Origin: a bacterium
GTDB taxonomy: Bacteria; JAMCPX01
Reading direction: 5' to 3'
DNA: 64,000 nucleotides
Assembly: GCA_021792615.1 (NCBI GenBank)
Contig: JAJYUJ010000008.1
Span: forward strand, 11,900 to 75,899
In this document: piece by piece, positions 29,562-41,893 of the stretch
Numbering within the stretch: the stretch's first letter is position 1
Layout of the letters: each line of letters starts with the position of its first letter
Program-made: the position numbers and the translations under genes
Notes under the pieces: model-generated
Told to the model about the DNA's origin: nothing
What the model saw: the letters and a program-made list of their open reading frames with translations, nothing else
Databases searched by the model: none

Positions 29562-29792
29562 ACACACCTCCTGAGGCATAACATATACCATATATAAAAA
29601 AATACAAGAACAAGGCCGCAGGATTTTACCCGGCATCGTCTTTAACTCCTCCCCTGCTCCGAATAAATCCATAAAACACCCGCAGGCATTTTCCGGTTCA
29701 TCCACAAATGCATTTGAAAAACAGGGAAGTTTGTATATAGTTGCAATGTGCAATAAAGAGAGTAAATATCATTCCAGAAAAGGAGATAAGAT

Positions 29793-30668
29793 ATGGAAGA
29801 GCACAATAAAGAGGCGGTCATCGGTATTATCGGCGGCAGCGGGCTTTATTCAATAGAAGGTTTAAAGGGTATACAAGAAAAAAGAATAACGACACCGTTT
29901 GGAGAGCCCTCGGACGCCTATATTATGGGAGAGCTCGACGGCACAACTGTGGTTTTTCTGCCCCGGCACGGCAGGGGACACCGCATTTCTCCATCGGAGA
30001 TCAATTTCAGGGCCAACATATTCGGAATGAAGATGCTGGGTGTTAACAGGCTCATATCCGTCAGCGCAGTCGGCAGTATGAAAGAGCAAATCAAACCCGG
30101 ACACATTGTTGTGCCGGATCAATTCATAGATTTGACAAAACGGAGAATATCGACTTTTTTTGGCAATGGCCTCGTGTCCCATGTTTCTATGGCAGACCCC
30201 GTATGTCCCGTTTTGTCCGAAAAACTCTCCACAACCGGAAAGGATCTGGGCATTCCGATGCACAAGGGAGGTACGTATATTTGTATCGAGGGCCCACAGT
30301 TTTCTTCAAGAGCAGAATCGCACCTTTACCGGCAATGGGGCGTGGACATCATAGGTATGACGAATATGCCCGAAGCGAAGCTCGCGCGGGAGGCGGAGAT
30401 TTGTTATGCAACGCTCGCCCTTGCTACGGATTATGATTGCTGGTATCAGGGTATGAAGGATGTCGGCGTTGAGGATGTTGTAAAAATCATGAGCGAAAAC
30501 GTGGTAAACGCAAAAAAAATAATAGGTGCGGTTGTTCCCCGTATCGAAAAAGAAAGGGAATGCTCCTGTGCACACGCCCTGAAAGACAGCTTCCTTACCG
30601 CTGCCGAAGCAATACCGCAACAAATCAAATCCGATTTAAAACCTATCATAGGGGGTTACCTGAAGTGA
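29793..30668 (+). CDS. mtnP: S-methyl-5'-thioadenosine phosphorylase
   Basis: [37 protein letters not shown]. Confidence 0.95.
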   Translation: MEEHNKEAVIGIIGGSGLYSIEGLKGIQEKRITTPFGEPSDAYIMGELDGTTVVFLPRHGRGHRISPSEINFRANIFGMKMLGVNRLISVSAVGSMKEQIKPGHIVVPDQFIDLTKRRISTFFGNGLVSHVSMADPVCPVLSEKLSTTGKDLGIPMHKGGTYICIEGPQFSSRAESHLYRQWGVDIIGMTNMPEAKLAREAEICYATLALATDYDCWYQGMKDVGVEDVVKIMSENVVNAKKIIGAVVPRIEKERECSCAHALKDSFLTAAEAIPQQIKSDLKPIIGGYLK

Positions 30669-31111
30669 AGACAATTAAAATAGTGTTCCCGCTGATTTTA
30701 CTGCCGTTCTTTTTTTCCTGTGCCGCACAGAACAATGTTATCGACACCGGAAATACAATGCAGGAAAGATATGCAGCAATGAGACAGGAGGAGCAGTCTT
30801 TCAATGTAAATCTTATCCCGCCGGACAACGGCAGGGCGATATGGGAAGGAAAACAACTGGAAGATCCCTTCAACGTAAGGGTAAATCAGGGAAAGACCTA
30901 TCAAATAGAAATTGATACTGGTGACGGTAACGCATACAAGGGTACCGTTCAGGTCATCGGCGACGGTGGGACCGTCGGAATGCACCAGGGATTCGATGTG
31001 CGGCTGTCTGGTTATATCCGGGAGATGCTGAAACACACTAAGCAGGTATCCTACTATCTGAATTCGCCCGGCGGTAAACAGGAACTGCTGGTAACATTTT
31101 TTGCACCCTGA
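30665..31111 (+). CDS. Hypothetical lipoprotein
   Basis: GTG start overlapping the mtnP stop; signal ending FFFSC. Confidence 0.6.
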   Translation: MKTIKIVFPLILLPFFFSCAAQNNVIDTGNTMQERYAAMRQEEQSFNVNLIPPDNGRAIWEGKQLEDPFNVRVNQGKTYQIEIDTGDGNAYKGTVQVIGDGGTVGMHQGFDVRLSGYIREMLKHTKQVSYYLNSPGGKQELLVTFFAP

Positions 31112-31178
31112 CCCGATATCGTATTTTCTTGTCTACAGGGAATAGAGTCCAACGACAGCACATAAGTAAAAAGCCGAG

Positions 31179-32219
31179 ATGAATATTTTTTATAAAAAAA
31201 ACCCCCTGATCGATGTTGTGCTGCTGCCGTTGGTTGTGGTATCCCTTGTTTTCCGTTTCATAACGGACATACGAAGGTTCCTTTACCTGCAGGGTATCCT
31301 CAGCTCGTACCGGGCGAAAAGCCGCATCATATCCGTCGGCAACCTTACGGTCGGGGGCACGGGAAAGACGCCGATGGTCATCTACCTGAGCACGATCCTT
31401 ACCGGGAAAAGGCTTGCAGTTGTCTCAAGGGGCTACGGTTCCAAAGGCAGGGGAACCAGGATTGTTTCGGACGGTAAAAACATTCTCCTGGGTGCAGAGT
31501 TGTGTGGCGACGAACCGTACCTTATAGCGAAATCCATTCCCGGTGCGGTTGTTGCCGTTGGAGCGAAAAAAGCACAGGTCATCCGTTTTGTCGAGCAGCA
31601 GTATAGTCCGGACATTATTATACTGGATGACGGCTTTTCCCACCTTAAAGTGAAACGGGATCTGGACATCGTGCTGATTGACGGAGAGAAAGGTTTTGGG
31701 AATGGCCACCTCCTGCCTGCGGGCCCTCTCAGGGAACCTCCGGGAGCGATGCGCCGTGCAGACAGTATCGGGGTAAAAGGGGAAGGGCACACGGTTGAAA
31801 ATCAGATCAAAAAATACGCACCGCTTGATAAGGTCTTTCATTTTACGTACCGCTTCAAGGGGATAAAAACTATCCGCCAAGACGCGGAAGTGGATGCGGG
31901 TACCATGAAAAACAAAAAAGTGCTGGCGGTTGCGGGTATAGCATTCCCGGACAGCTTTTTCCGTACGCTTGAAGCGGCCGGCGTTCACCCTGCAAACTGT
32001 ATAGCCGGGCAGGACCACAGCACCTATGATAAAAATAAGCTCCGTATGCTTACGGAACGGTTCAGCCCGGATGCGGTAATAGTAACCGCAAAGGACGCGG
32101 TGAAGATTAAGGAAATAGAAAGGGACGAAGGAGTGCAGTGGTTGTACGCAGATATAGCAGTCTCAGAGGCCGGGGAAAATCTGAAAAACATACTCCGGAA
32201 GAAAGGTTTTCTGCCGTGA
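31179..32219 (+). CDS. lpxK: Tetraacyldisaccharide 4'-kinase
   Basis: SVGNLTVGGTGKTP, SRGYG, GDEP, LDDGF, LLPAGPLRE. Confidence 0.96.
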   Translation: MNIFYKKNPLIDVVLLPLVVVSLVFRFITDIRRFLYLQGILSSYRAKSRIISVGNLTVGGTGKTPMVIYLSTILTGKRLAVVSRGYGSKGRGTRIVSDGKNILLGAELCGDEPYLIAKSIPGAVVAVGAKKAQVIRFVEQQYSPDIIILDDGFSHLKVKRDLDIVLIDGEKGFGNGHLLPAGPLREPPGAMRRADSIGVKGEGHTVENQIKKYAPLDKVFHFTYRFKGIKTIRQDAEVDAGTMKNKKVLAVAGIAFPDSFFRTLEAAGVHPANCIAGQDHSTYDKNKLRMLTERFSPDAVIVTAKDAVKIKEIERDEGVQWLYADIAVSEAGENLKNILRKKGFLP

Positions 32220-33106
32220 TCAAAAAAGTCAGGCATTTTTTGGAATATAAAGTCGTACGTGCGCTCATCCTTTTCTTGAATATGTTTTCAGAAAAACAAA
32301 TCGCATCGATTGCGGCGTTCTTCGGGTTTTTGTGGTACAGGATAGACGCCAGGCACCGCGCGATCGCAAAAACAAACATAGGATACGCATTCCCCTCGAT
32401 GTCCATGGAGAACAAGTCCAGGATTTTACAAGAAAGCTACAAGAACATCATAAAGACATTCATAACATTTCCCCGGATCGCGGATTTTCATGCGGAAAGC
32501 ATCAAAAAGACATTCGAATTTCAATGCGAAGAATACTACGAAGAGGCCCTCAAAAGAGGGAAGGGCGTGTTCCTGCTGACCGGCCATCTTTGCAACTGGG
32601 AATTTGCGGCAGCAGCGCACAGCATAAAGCACGGGGGTCTTGTGGCAGTTGCAAAAGACATCCACAACCCCTTCATCGACAGCTACATAAAGGCCCTGCG
32701 CAAAAGTGCGCTTATAGATGTCGTAAGGCCGCGCAATGCGGTTTTCAGACTCCTCCGGAGCCTGAAGCAGGGAAAAACAATTGCCATGCTCCTCGATCAA
32801 AACACCCTGCGCCATGAGGCGGTGTTCGTCAATTTCTTCGGCAGACCGGCGGCAACACAGTATGCAATGGCGTTGATGGCTTTAAAAACGGGCGCTGCCG
32901 TTGTTCCGGGGTTTATAAGCCCGGATCCCGTAAACGACAGGTACGTTATACGGTATGAAAAGCCAATCTATGCCGACGGTATCCAGGACAAGGAAAAAGC
33001 AGCGGAGAAGTTAACCCAGCAGTTTACAACGATCCTGGAGGACCAAATCAAAAGAGTTCCCGGACAATGGTTCTGGGTGCACAACAGGTTCAAAACCACA
33101 CTTTGA
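32216..33106 (+). CDS. lpxL: Lipid A late acyltransferase (HtrB/LpxL family)
   Basis: GHLCNWE, LDQN, VNFFG, PGQWFWVHNRFK. Confidence 0.88.
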   Translation: MIKKVRHFLEYKVVRALILFLNMFSEKQIASIAAFFGFLWYRIDARHRAIAKTNIGYAFPSMSMENKSRILQESYKNIIKTFITFPRIADFHAESIKKTFEFQCEEYYEEALKRGKGVFLLTGHLCNWEFAAAAHSIKHGGLVAVAKDIHNPFIDSYIKALRKSALIDVVRPRNAVFRLLRSLKQGKTIAMLLDQNTLRHEAVFVNFFGRPAATQYAMALMALKTGAAVVPGFISPDPVNDRYVIRYEKPIYADGIQDKEKAAEKLTQQFTTILEDQIKRVPGQWFWVHNRFKTTL

Positions 33107-33151
33107 GGATATGAAGATAGCAGAAAAAGCATAAAGACCGCAGGCAGCAGC

Positions 33152-35395
33152 ATGAAAAAGAAAACAAAAAAAAAGGTGTACGTAATTTCCCTTGCAGCGG
33201 CAGGTATACTGGTTATTACCGCCTCGGTGTTTCTCTATTTTCTCTACGTGAAGATAACGGAGGTTTTTATTTCAAGAGGGTTTCCTTCGCCGTCCATCGT
33301 CTACGCTGCTCCCACATTCATACAAAACGGCATGGGTATGTCCATACAATCGCTGCAGGATAAATTGAATGCACTCGATTATCATGAGACAGACGCTGAG
33401 CCCGTGAAGCAGGGTAGTTATTCGGTGTCCGGAAATGCCGTGTATGTCTATACCAAAAAATTTGCTATGCCTGCCTATACCATAACGCCCGTGCAGGCCC
33501 GTATACCGGTATCCGGCGGCACGGTATCCGGTATGACCGATTTCAGCGGCACTGCGATAAGCAGCATCGAACTGGAACCCGAACAGCTTGCGGTATTTTT
33601 TGGTGATGATTTTAAAATGCGTATCCCGGTAGCGCTCCCCGCAATGCCGGATGACCTTCTCAATGCAGTCATTGTCACAGAGGATGCGCGGTTCTTTGAG
33701 CACGGGGCCATAGATATAAACGGCATAATCAGGGCCATGATTGCGGATATCGCGTCCATGAGCATACAGCAGGGAGGCAGTACCATAACGCAACAGCTTG
33801 TAAAAATACTTTTTCTCAGTAATCAACGCACCTTCAGAAGGAAGTTCATGGAAGCGATCATGGCGTTAATGATAGCACACCGTTTTACAAAGGCGCAGAT
33901 ACTCAATGCATACCTGAACGATGTTTATCTCGGACAGGATGGACACATCAGTATTGTCGGTATGGGGGCTGCAGCCAAATATTATTTTTCGAAGCCTGTA
34001 GCAAAGCTGACCCTCGCACAATGCGCCATGCTTGCAGGACTGATCGCATCACCGAACCGGTACTCGCCGATCTATGGCGGGGAAGAGGCCATGAAAAGAA
34101 GGAACTACGTCCTTTCCAGGATGATGTTGTACCATGTGATCACCAACAGCGAGTATCAGACCGCGCTCGGCGAGCCCATAACGGTAGAAGTGTCACCGGT
34201 ACATGTTAAAAAAGCTCCGTACTTTGTGGATTATATTGAAGGCCAGCTTTCAGAAAATTATTCAAAAGAACTCTTAACGACAGACGGCTTGAGAATTTTT
34301 ACAACGCTCGACCCGGATGTGCAGTCTATGGCTGAGAAAGCCATGGGTGAAGCACCGGCATCGCTTGAAGGTGCCATGGTTGTCATGCAGCCGCAAACAG
34401 GCTATGTGCTGGCCATGATAGGCGGCAGGGATTATAACAAAAGTCAGTTCAACCGGGCTGTTCTGTCGAGAAGGCAGATTGGCTCGTGCGTCAAACCTTT
34501 TATCTATATGCTTGCATTTGAAACGATGGCGAAAGACGGCTTTTCCCAAATTACAACCATTGATGATGCGCCGTTGAAGATGGAAACCGGTGCAGGAGAA
34601 TGGGAGCCGCAAAACTATGACAAGCGGTTTTTAGGGTATATGACCGCACGCTATGCCTTGCAGCACTCGATCAATGTACCCGCGGTAAAGGTCTCGATGG
34701 ATGTGGGTATCGAAAAGATTTCGGGATTGCTCGAACTGCTCGGACTGGACTCGGATATTCCGGCATTTCCGTCTATTGCCCTCGGCAGTACAGCGACATC
34801 ACCGCTGGATCTGAGCCGGGTATATACGATATTTTCCAACAACGGGTATGAACCCGTAACACCGGTAAGTATAAAGGCCGTCACGGATATGGATAATAAT
34901 ATTATCTATAAAACGGAACTGCAATTCAAACCTGTGGGCAGCGAACAGGCATGCTATGTCGTTACGAATGTGCTTCTTGGAAATGAGACAGAAGGCACGG
35001 GCAGGGGGTTGCGGCGGTTCGACATCCAGGGACAGTATTCCGGAAAAACCGGTACGACGAACGATTTCAGGGACACATGGTTTGCGGGATACACCCCGGA
35101 TGTCGTTGCTGTTGCCTGGTTGGGCTATGACAACGAGGCAAGGATCGGGGTGCCGGCTGCAGCAGTGGCTTTGCCGGTTGTCGGCAGATTTCTCGGCATG
35201 TATACGCACCGGTACGGAGGCAAAGACTTCCCCGTGCCACCGGGCATAAAATTCTCCTGCGTCGACCGTTCCACAGGCCTGAGCGGCAGGAATATAACGG
35301 ATTGTGTTCAGGCCGCGTTCATATCCGGGACAGAACCAAGCAGGGGTGCAATAAACAGCATCATGGACTGGTTCAAACATCTGTTCAGAAAATAA
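33152..35395 (+). CDS. mrcB: Penicillin-binding protein 1B
   Basis: UB2H-like region, TEDARF, GGSTITQQLVK, SCVK, SIN, KTGT. Confidence 0.9.
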   Translation: MKKKTKKKVYVISLAAAGILVITASVFLYFLYVKITEVFISRGFPSPSIVYAAPTFIQNGMGMSIQSLQDKLNALDYHETDAEPVKQGSYSVSGNAVYVYTKKFAMPAYTITPVQARIPVSGGTVSGMTDFSGTAISSIELEPEQLAVFFGDDFKMRIPVALPAMPDDLLNAVIVTEDARFFEHGAIDINGIIRAMIADIASMSIQQGGSTITQQLVKILFLSNQRTFRRKFMEAIMALMIAHRFTKAQILNAYLNDVYLGQDGHISIVGMGAAAKYYFSKPVAKLTLAQCAMLAGLIASPNRYSPIYGGEEAMKRRNYVLSRMMLYHVITNSEYQTALGEPITVEVSPVHVKKAPYFVDYIEGQLSENYSKELLTTDGLRIFTTLDPDVQSMAEKAMGEAPASLEGAMVVMQPQTGYVLAMIGGRDYNKSQFNRAVLSRRQIGSCVKPFIYMLAFETMAKDGFSQITTIDDAPLKMETGAGEWEPQNYDKRFLGYMTARYALQHSINVPAVKVSMDVGIEKISGLLELLGLDSDIPAFPSIALGSTATSPLDLSRVYTIFSNNGYEPVTPVSIKAVTDMDNNIIYKTELQFKPVGSEQACYVVTNVLLGNETEGTGRGLRRFDIQGQYSGKTGTTNDFRDTWFAGYTPDVVAVAWLGYDNEARIGVPAAAVALPVVGRFLGMYTHRYGGKDFPVPPGIKFSCVDRSTGLSGRNITDCVQAAFISGTEPSRGAINSIMDWFKHLFRK

Positions 35396-35506
35396 ACCCC
35401 TGAGAAAATCAAGCTATACCCGGTTCCCGGTTTCCTTTCACTTGTCTATCACACGGTGTTCATCCCATATTGACAAATAAACAGAGAAAAGATATGAAAA
35501 CACATT

Positions 35507-36451
35507 ATGTCCGATTTTAATAACAGTTTACTTAAACTGTCCGAAAACATCGAAAAGGTGATTGTAGGGAAAAAGGACGTAATAGATCTGGCCGTTATAA
35601 CCCTCTTGTGTCGCGGGCACCTATTGATTGAAGATGTCCCGGGCCTGGGTAAAACGATGCTGGCAAGGGCCATCGCCGGTTCTCTGGCTCTTCATTTTAA
35701 AAGAATCCAATTTACTCCGGACCTGCTCCCGTCGGATATTACCGGTGTATCCATCTATAATCAGAAAACCGGTGAATTCGAATTCAGGTCCGGGCCGGTG
35801 TTTACAAATATCCTTCTTGCGGATGAGATTAACAGGACGACACCGAGGACCCAGTCCAGCTTGCTGGAATCCATGGAGGAGTCGCAGGTCACGATAGACG
35901 GTAAAACTTACCCGCTCCCTGAAACATTCATGGTCATTGCCACCCAGAACCCCATTGAGCTCCAGGGCACATATCCTTTACCAGAAGCGCAGCTCGATAG
36001 GTTTTTTATGAAGATAAAGGTCGGGTATCCTTCGATCGAGCAGGAAGTGAAAGTAATGGAAATGCAGGTGAAGGAACATCCGATTCATTCGATTTCATCG
36101 GTTCTTTCCAGCAACGAGTTGAAGACAATGCAGGATGCAGTAAAGGACGTTTATCTGGACAAATCCGTCAAGGAGTATATCGTCCAGATCGTCGATGCCA
36201 CTCGTGAGCATACGCACCTTAACCTCGGAGCAAGCCCGAGAGGATCTATTTATCTTATGAGGGCGTCTCAGGCGATGGCCCTGCTGCAGGGTGTAAGTTT
36301 TGTAGAGCCGTCAATCGTAAAACATATGGCCGTGCCGATCCTGTCACACCGGATTATGGTCAAACCACAGTCAAAGCTTGAAGGAATGACTCCGGAAAAG
36401 GTACTGGAAGATATACTGAGCAGTGTGCCTGTCCCCGTAAGACAATCCTGA
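35507..36451 (+). CDS. MoxR AAA+ ATPase
   Basis: EDVPGLGKT, RIQFTPDLLPSD, LADEINR, TYPLPEAQLDRF. Confidence 0.97.
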   Translation: MSDFNNSLLKLSENIEKVIVGKKDVIDLAVITLLCRGHLLIEDVPGLGKTMLARAIAGSLALHFKRIQFTPDLLPSDITGVSIYNQKTGEFEFRSGPVFTNILLADEINRTTPRTQSSLLESMEESQVTIDGKTYPLPETFMVIATQNPIELQGTYPLPEAQLDRFFMKIKVGYPSIEQEVKVMEMQVKEHPIHSISSVLSSNELKTMQDAVKDVYLDKSVKEYIVQIVDATREHTHLNLGASPRGSIYLMRASQAMALLQGVSFVEPSIVKHMAVPILSHRIMVKPQSKLEGMTPEKVLEDILSSVPVPVRQS

Positions 36452-36452
36452 G

Positions 36453-37712
36453 ATGAGAAGATTCATAACGAAAAGGACGGCGTTGATTTTGATCGCTGTC
36501 GTCCTTTTCCTTATTGCGTGGAACAGGAACATTAACCTCCTGTACGGCATGTTCGCTATTCTTACTTCCCTGATTATACTGTCCCATCTCCTTCCCCGGT
36601 ATGCCATAAAAGGCCTGATCGTAACCAGGACACTTCAACCCGTTGCGTTTGAAGACGATGAGATAGAGGTAAAGATCTATGTCGAAAAGAATGCGTGGAC
36701 AAAAGGCTACATGATCGAAATAACGGATTCCATGCCTGCTGCCGGGCCATCGTTCCAGAAGCCCATGGTGTTCATCGCAAAACTGCCGGTGAAAAGGAAA
36801 CAGGAGTTTTCCTTTAAGACGGTTTGCTATAAGAGAGGAGTGTATTCCGTCGGCCCCATATCCGTAAGCTCGGCCTACCCGCTCGGCATCGTTTCTGTCA
36901 ATAAACCGGCAGACAACGCCAGGAAGACGCTGACCATTTACCCGAAATTGTTTTCCATAGCATCGTTTCCTCTTGTGGCCGGTACCACCATGCCCATGAG
37001 TGGTACGGAGGCTATGGCGAAGTCAGGCGGTAACGAAGATTTCTTTGGTACAAGAGAGTACAGGCAGGGTGACAGCCTTAAATTCATACATTGGCCATCC
37101 ACAGCCAGACACGGTCAATTGATCGTCAAAGAGTTTGAAATACGGGCATCTACCGAGGTCACGGTTCTTATGGATCTGCACAAAGACTCGTGTACGGGCA
37201 CAGGGAGGGAAACGACGCTGGAATACGCCGTTAAAATAGCCGGATCGGTTGCAAGGTTTGCGATCGAAAAAGGCCACCATGTCCAGTTCATCGGCTACGG
37301 GGAAAAAAAGCATGTCGTACCGTCTGCAAGGGGCATTGACCAGCTTGCGTTTATTCTGGACGTGCTTGCGAAAGTACAGGCCGACAGCACTGTACCGTAT
37401 CACCGGGCGATAACAATGTCCGCAGGGCTTCTCAGAGACGGAGGGACAGTGGTGCTGATGTTTTCCAGACTGGATTCCAATATCAGAGATTACGTTTACC
37501 CCATGGGCATTCTCAGGTCAAAGAGGATAAAGCCGGTTTGTGTTTTTTTAAACGACAAAAGCTTTCAAGGTGATGTGTCCGCGCCCGAGCATGACGAGAA
37601 ATCACCGGGGACCCGGTTTGTGCATGAGTTCATAAAGGAGTTTGCGAGCGAGTACCCGTCCGTCTATTTCGTATCGAAAGGGGACAACTTGCAGGACGTA
37701 TTCGCCGTATGA
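36453..37712 (+). CDS. DUF58 protein
   Basis: [25 protein letters not shown]. Confidence 0.93.
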   Translation: MRRFITKRTALILIAVVLFLIAWNRNINLLYGMFAILTSLIILSHLLPRYAIKGLIVTRTLQPVAFEDDEIEVKIYVEKNAWTKGYMIEITDSMPAAGPSFQKPMVFIAKLPVKRKQEFSFKTVCYKRGVYSVGPISVSSAYPLGIVSVNKPADNARKTLTIYPKLFSIASFPLVAGTTMPMSGTEAMAKSGGNEDFFGTREYRQGDSLKFIHWPSTARHGQLIVKEFEIRASTEVTVLMDLHKDSCTGTGRETTLEYAVKIAGSVARFAIEKGHHVQFIGYGEKKHVVPSARGIDQLAFILDVLAKVQADSTVPYHRAITMSAGLLRDGGTVVLMFSRLDSNIRDYVYPMGILRSKRIKPVCVFLNDKSFQGDVSAPEHDEKSPGTRFVHEFIKEFASEYPSVYFVSKGDNLQDVFAV

Positions 37713-39985
37713 ACAAGATAAAGTATTCCCCTGTTTACATAGGCATGTATTTTCTTCTGGTTTCAGCAATACTCGCCGTACAGAGCACGCGAAACGGTGC
37801 GGTGATGACTTTGGTGTATACCGCAGCCTGGGCAATCATATATGGGATAGGGCTCATCTGTGGGTGGCAATATAAGGAAAAGGGGACAAAAGCGTTTGTC
37901 ATAATAACGAACGTTCTCGCAGTATTTGCTCTGGTCGTGTTTTTAGCCAGCTTTGTATTTTCCGGTGTGGTTGATGGCTTGATCGCCTGTCTTCTGTGGC
38001 TCCAGGCAGGAAGGAACTTTACCATCTCCCTGCGGAGAGACATATTTTATACCTATTTTGTTTCCCTTATCCTGATCCTCTATGCATCGAGCATCAGCAA
38101 AGCGACGGTATTTGTTTTCTTTATTATTCTGTATGTCCTTGCAGGAATGTTTACTTTCATGGCCGAACATCTCGATGAAAGGATCTCTTATGCGAGCGGA
38201 GGAGACAGAGACACCTTGACGAAAGGTATGCATCTGCCGGTCAAGGGTGGGGTACTTTCCCTTATGACCCTTGCTATTGCCGCGGTCATATTCCTGATAG
38301 TTCCGATGTTTCCATCTCCGCACATCCAGTCGTTCCCGTCAGTTGGTGGATGGTCATACAGAAACGTGTGGCAGAAAAGAAGAAAAGGTGAAAAAAAAGA
38401 TACCGGCAGGGGCGAAAACGCATTTCTTGGATTGCAGGTTTTTAACGGTACAGTGCGGGCCGGAAAAGGAAAAACCACAAAATCCGTAGAGCACAAGCCT
38501 ACTTTCAAGGAAATGTATAACGGCTTTAAAAAGAAATTCGATATTACATCTCCAGGACGATGCATGCTTTCCAACAGAATCGTTTTCTACCTCCAGGCCG
38601 ATCGTCCCTTATATCTCCGGGGAAAAATATTTGATAGTTTCAACGGCCGCGTTTGGAAAAACAGCAGCAACGGGAGTGAGACCGTGTTAATCAACAAGGG
38701 TGTTTTTACCTTCGATATATTCACCTACGAAAAAGAAGCTGAAGAGGGAGGCGTGGGACAGGTATATACTATCGAAAGGAATATGCCCGATATTATATTT
38801 ACAGCATATAAACCGCTTAAACTGTGGTTCCCGGGAGATGCGGTGCAGAAGGAATATGACCTGTCGCTGCGTGCCTCCGGCTATCTGCACAGCGGGACCA
38901 TATATTCTGTGCTCTCGGAAATAAGAGACGTGGACGGCAGGCAGACCGGAGGGTGGGAGCCTTTGGACAGGGCCGACCTGCACCGTTACCTCCAGCTTCC
39001 GAAAAGACTGCCCGAAAAGATAAAAAAACTTGCATGGTCCGTTGCCGGAAGTGTGAAAAGTAATTATGAAAAAGCAGAGGTCGTGGAGCACTATCTCAAG
39101 ACCCATTATACCTATACGCTGGCAACCATTTTTGAGAAACCAAAAGGAGACCCTGTCTCCTATTTCCTTTTTCAACGAAAAGAAGGACACTCCGAGTATT
39201 TCGCATCTTCCATGGTTGTCCTGCTCAGGACGCTCCATGTTCCTGCCAGGCTGGTCACGGGATATTATGCCGCACATTACAATCCCATTACAGGCTATTA
39301 CGAGGTCAGGGAATTGGACGCCCATGCGTGGGTTGAGGCCTATGTCAACTATGCATGGATAACCTTTGATCCGACACCCGGTTTTCAGTGCCCTTTGCCT
39401 CACCATGCACACGGGTACCTCATTGCTTCAGCACTGATGCGATATTTAAAAAACCGTTTTCGGATCGCCGGTATGACCAACCGGGAAACCAGATGGGTAA
39501 AAGCTTTGCAAAAGACTCAAAACTCTTTTGACCGGGTCGCAATGTTCCTGAAGAAGGCATGGATGATTTTTAAAGAACATATATGGGTATGGCTGAAGTC
39601 CATAGGCATTATTGGCCTCATTGGCGGACTATTCGCGGCAGTTATTGCAGTTGTTATACATTTTATTTTACAACCAGCCTTTGATTTGTTGCGATTGAAA
39701 AGAATGAAAAACAAAGATCCGGAAAAATTTATTATACATTGTTATTGGGCGATGGAGAGATGTTTTAAGAGAAAGGGCGTTCCGAGACCTCGTTCCTGCA
39801 CACCCGGGGAATATGGGACTGACCTTACGGTTCGGTACCGGCACCTTGCCGGACAGATAAGAACGATTACCGGTTTGTTCCAGCTGGCTGTATACGGCGC
39901 CTATGCACTGAATACGGTGGACATAGAAAATGCATACCAGGCCTACAAGGAGATAGAGTTCGGCCGTCATACCGGCAGAAAATGA
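37709..39985 (+). CDS. Membrane transglutaminase-like protein (TgpA/DUF3488-TGase-DUF4129) with Ser at the catalytic Cys position
   Basis: N-terminal TM block; YLRG..FD; [28 protein letters not shown]; TPGE. Confidence 0.9.
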   Translation: MNKIKYSPVYIGMYFLLVSAILAVQSTRNGAVMTLVYTAAWAIIYGIGLICGWQYKEKGTKAFVIITNVLAVFALVVFLASFVFSGVVDGLIACLLWLQAGRNFTISLRRDIFYTYFVSLILILYASSISKATVFVFFIILYVLAGMFTFMAEHLDERISYASGGDRDTLTKGMHLPVKGGVLSLMTLAIAAVIFLIVPMFPSPHIQSFPSVGGWSYRNVWQKRRKGEKKDTGRGENAFLGLQVFNGTVRAGKGKTTKSVEHKPTFKEMYNGFKKKFDITSPGRCMLSNRIVFYLQADRPLYLRGKIFDSFNGRVWKNSSNGSETVLINKGVFTFDIFTYEKEAEEGGVGQVYTIERNMPDIIFTAYKPLKLWFPGDAVQKEYDLSLRASGYLHSGTIYSVLSEIRDVDGRQTGGWEPLDRADLHRYLQLPKRLPEKIKKLAWSVAGSVKSNYEKAEVVEHYLKTHYTYTLATIFEKPKGDPVSYFLFQRKEGHSEYFASSMVVLLRTLHVPARLVTGYYAAHYNPITGYYEVRELDAHAWVEAYVNYAWITFDPTPGFQCPLPHHAHGYLIASALMRYLKNRFRIAGMTNRETRWVKALQKTQNSFDRVAMFLKKAWMIFKEHIWVWLKSIGIIGLIGGLFAAVIAVVIHFILQPAFDLLRLKRMKNKDPEKFIIHCYWAMERCFKRKGVPRPRSCTPGEYGTDLTVRYRHLAGQIRTITGLFQLAVYGAYALNTVDIENAYQAYKEIEFGRHTGRK

Positions 39986-40274
39986 GGTGAATCTCTTGGA
40001 CAATAATGGTTTTCCGGTTGGTGCTCATCATTGGAGAGATGAGGCGGGGAAGGGAGATAATAACGAGACGCAGAGAACATCTCACAACCTTCCTTTTTTG
40101 TGATATAATGCCCTTACAAGAGAAAGTAACCTAAATTCACTACGTGCACGATGAAGACGCCGAAGTTAAAAATATATTTCGTGAACAGGCCGCACCGGAG
40201 ACGGATGGCCGGGCAGAATGCCGGTAGGAGAAGTCCGCATCATGCCTTTTTATATTCTGTGAAAGGAGACCCTC

Positions 40275-41621
40275 ATGTGTGATACAATCGTTGCTACAGC
40301 AAAGGCAACCGCCGATGGAACTGTCATACTTGCAAAGAACAGCGACAGGGAAGCCAACGAAGCCCAGCTTTGGAAGTACATTGCCCGTCGATCGTATGCC
40401 GGGGACACACAACTCCAGTGCACCTACATTTCTATCCCTCAGGTAAAGGAAACCCATGAAATGTTTCTGTCAAAGCCGTTCTGGATGTGGGGAGGCGAGA
40501 TGGGTGCAAACGCCAAGGGTCTTGCCATTGGCAATGAAGCGGTTTTTACGAAAGAACCGTACGAAAAAACGGGACTGCTTGGCATGGATTTAATACGCCT
40601 TGCACTTGAGCGGTGCAGCAGCGCCTATGACGCGCTCATGTTAACAACGGAGCTTATCGAATGGTATGGGCAGGGCGGCAACGGCGGAATGGCTCATAAG
40701 CTTTATTATCACAATTCATTTATTTTTGCCGATACCAAAGAAGCCTACCTCCTTGAAACAGCGAATAAACATTGGACAGCCATGAAAGTCGACGGTGTCA
40801 GAAGCATTTCCAACGGCCTGACTATTGAAGAGGATTTTGACTCTTCTTCCAAAGGTATCCAGGACTATGCTCGTCAAAAAGGGTATCTGAAAAAAGGGCA
40901 GACGTTTAATTTCCGGAAGTGTTTTTCTGATACCTTGTACACCCGTTTTTCACGATGTTCGGACAGGCAAACCCGTACCACTGCCTGCGCCCTCCGAGAT
41001 AATACGTCCCTGACTCCAAAAAAAATGTTCGCCATTCTCCGGGATCACGGAAACAGCGATACGCCTCTGCCTCCGGACAAAACATCCATGGGTACCGTTT
41101 GTATGCATGCATCGTTCGGGCCGCTGCGCACGAGTCAATCGGTTGCCGCTTTTGTTGCACATCTGCGCGCGGATACGCCTGTTTTCTGGGCAACGGGTTC
41201 ATCGGCAACCTGTACCAGTGTCTTTATGCCGTTCTATCTTACCGGTAAGGAGATAGATTATTTTCCGGCCGAAGAAACCGGTACCTATTCACCGGCATCA
41301 TACTGGTGGATGCATGAAAAGATCCACCGCCAGGCAATTTTCAAATGGGACTTCTTTCAGAAATATATTGTTCCTGACAGGAAAGGATTGGAGGAAGAGT
41401 TCGCTGTAAAGGAACAGGAGATCTACAAGCAGAAGAACACTCCTCTGCAAAAGTATTTTGATTTTTCCCGGTCTTGCGTTGAAAAGGTCCTCGGTATTCA
41501 CGGGAAATGGGAAAAAGAATTGAAAGAAGCTCCGTATTCCAAAATAAAAACTACCTTCAAGCTTTTCTGGAATGCGCAAACGAAAAAAGCCCAACTGAAG
41601 GGCAACGGAGTTACCCCTTAA
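40275..41621 (+). CDS. Secernin / peptidase C69 family Ntn hydrolase
   Basis: MCDT, AKNSDR, WMWGGEMGAN, GNEAV, LLGMDLIRLALER. Confidence 0.92.
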   Translation: MCDTIVATAKATADGTVILAKNSDREANEAQLWKYIARRSYAGDTQLQCTYISIPQVKETHEMFLSKPFWMWGGEMGANAKGLAIGNEAVFTKEPYEKTGLLGMDLIRLALERCSSAYDALMLTTELIEWYGQGGNGGMAHKLYYHNSFIFADTKEAYLLETANKHWTAMKVDGVRSISNGLTIEEDFDSSSKGIQDYARQKGYLKKGQTFNFRKCFSDTLYTRFSRCSDRQTRTTACALRDNTSLTPKKMFAILRDHGNSDTPLPPDKTSMGTVCMHASFGPLRTSQSVAAFVAHLRADTPVFWATGSSATCTSVFMPFYLTGKEIDYFPAEETGTYSPASYWWMHEKIHRQAIFKWDFFQKYIVPDRKGLEEEFAVKEQEIYKQKNTPLQKYFDFSRSCVEKVLGIHGKWEKELKEAPYSKIKTTFKLFWNAQTKKAQLKGNGVTP

Positions 41622-41666
41622 CACTTTGTTTCGTCCTCCTTTTCTAAAGAAGGAGGCTTTGATAAA

Positions 41667-41893
41667 TTAACCCGAAAAATGCAATAAGGGAATTTACATA
41701 TTCGCTCAATCCCGCGATCCACCTGATATCTATACATTTCCATAGAGAAACGAGATTTCAGTCCTCTGTATGTTTATATGCAATTACCCGGTATGGTTTC
41801 CTCATCGTATTTTCGAAGAATACTTTTATCTGACGCGGGATTATCGCTCATTGCATAAACCTCCTTATTTTGCAAATGCATTTTTCGGGTTAA
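41667..41893 (-). mobile_element. 227-bp MITE-like element, type I copy B
   Basis: TTAA-flanked, same length as and inverted homolog of 7042-7268. Confidence 0.85.

Noticed and set aside
39986-40274. Riboswitch or ncRNA upstream of the secernin-like gene
   Set aside because: No motif I could match to a known family by eye
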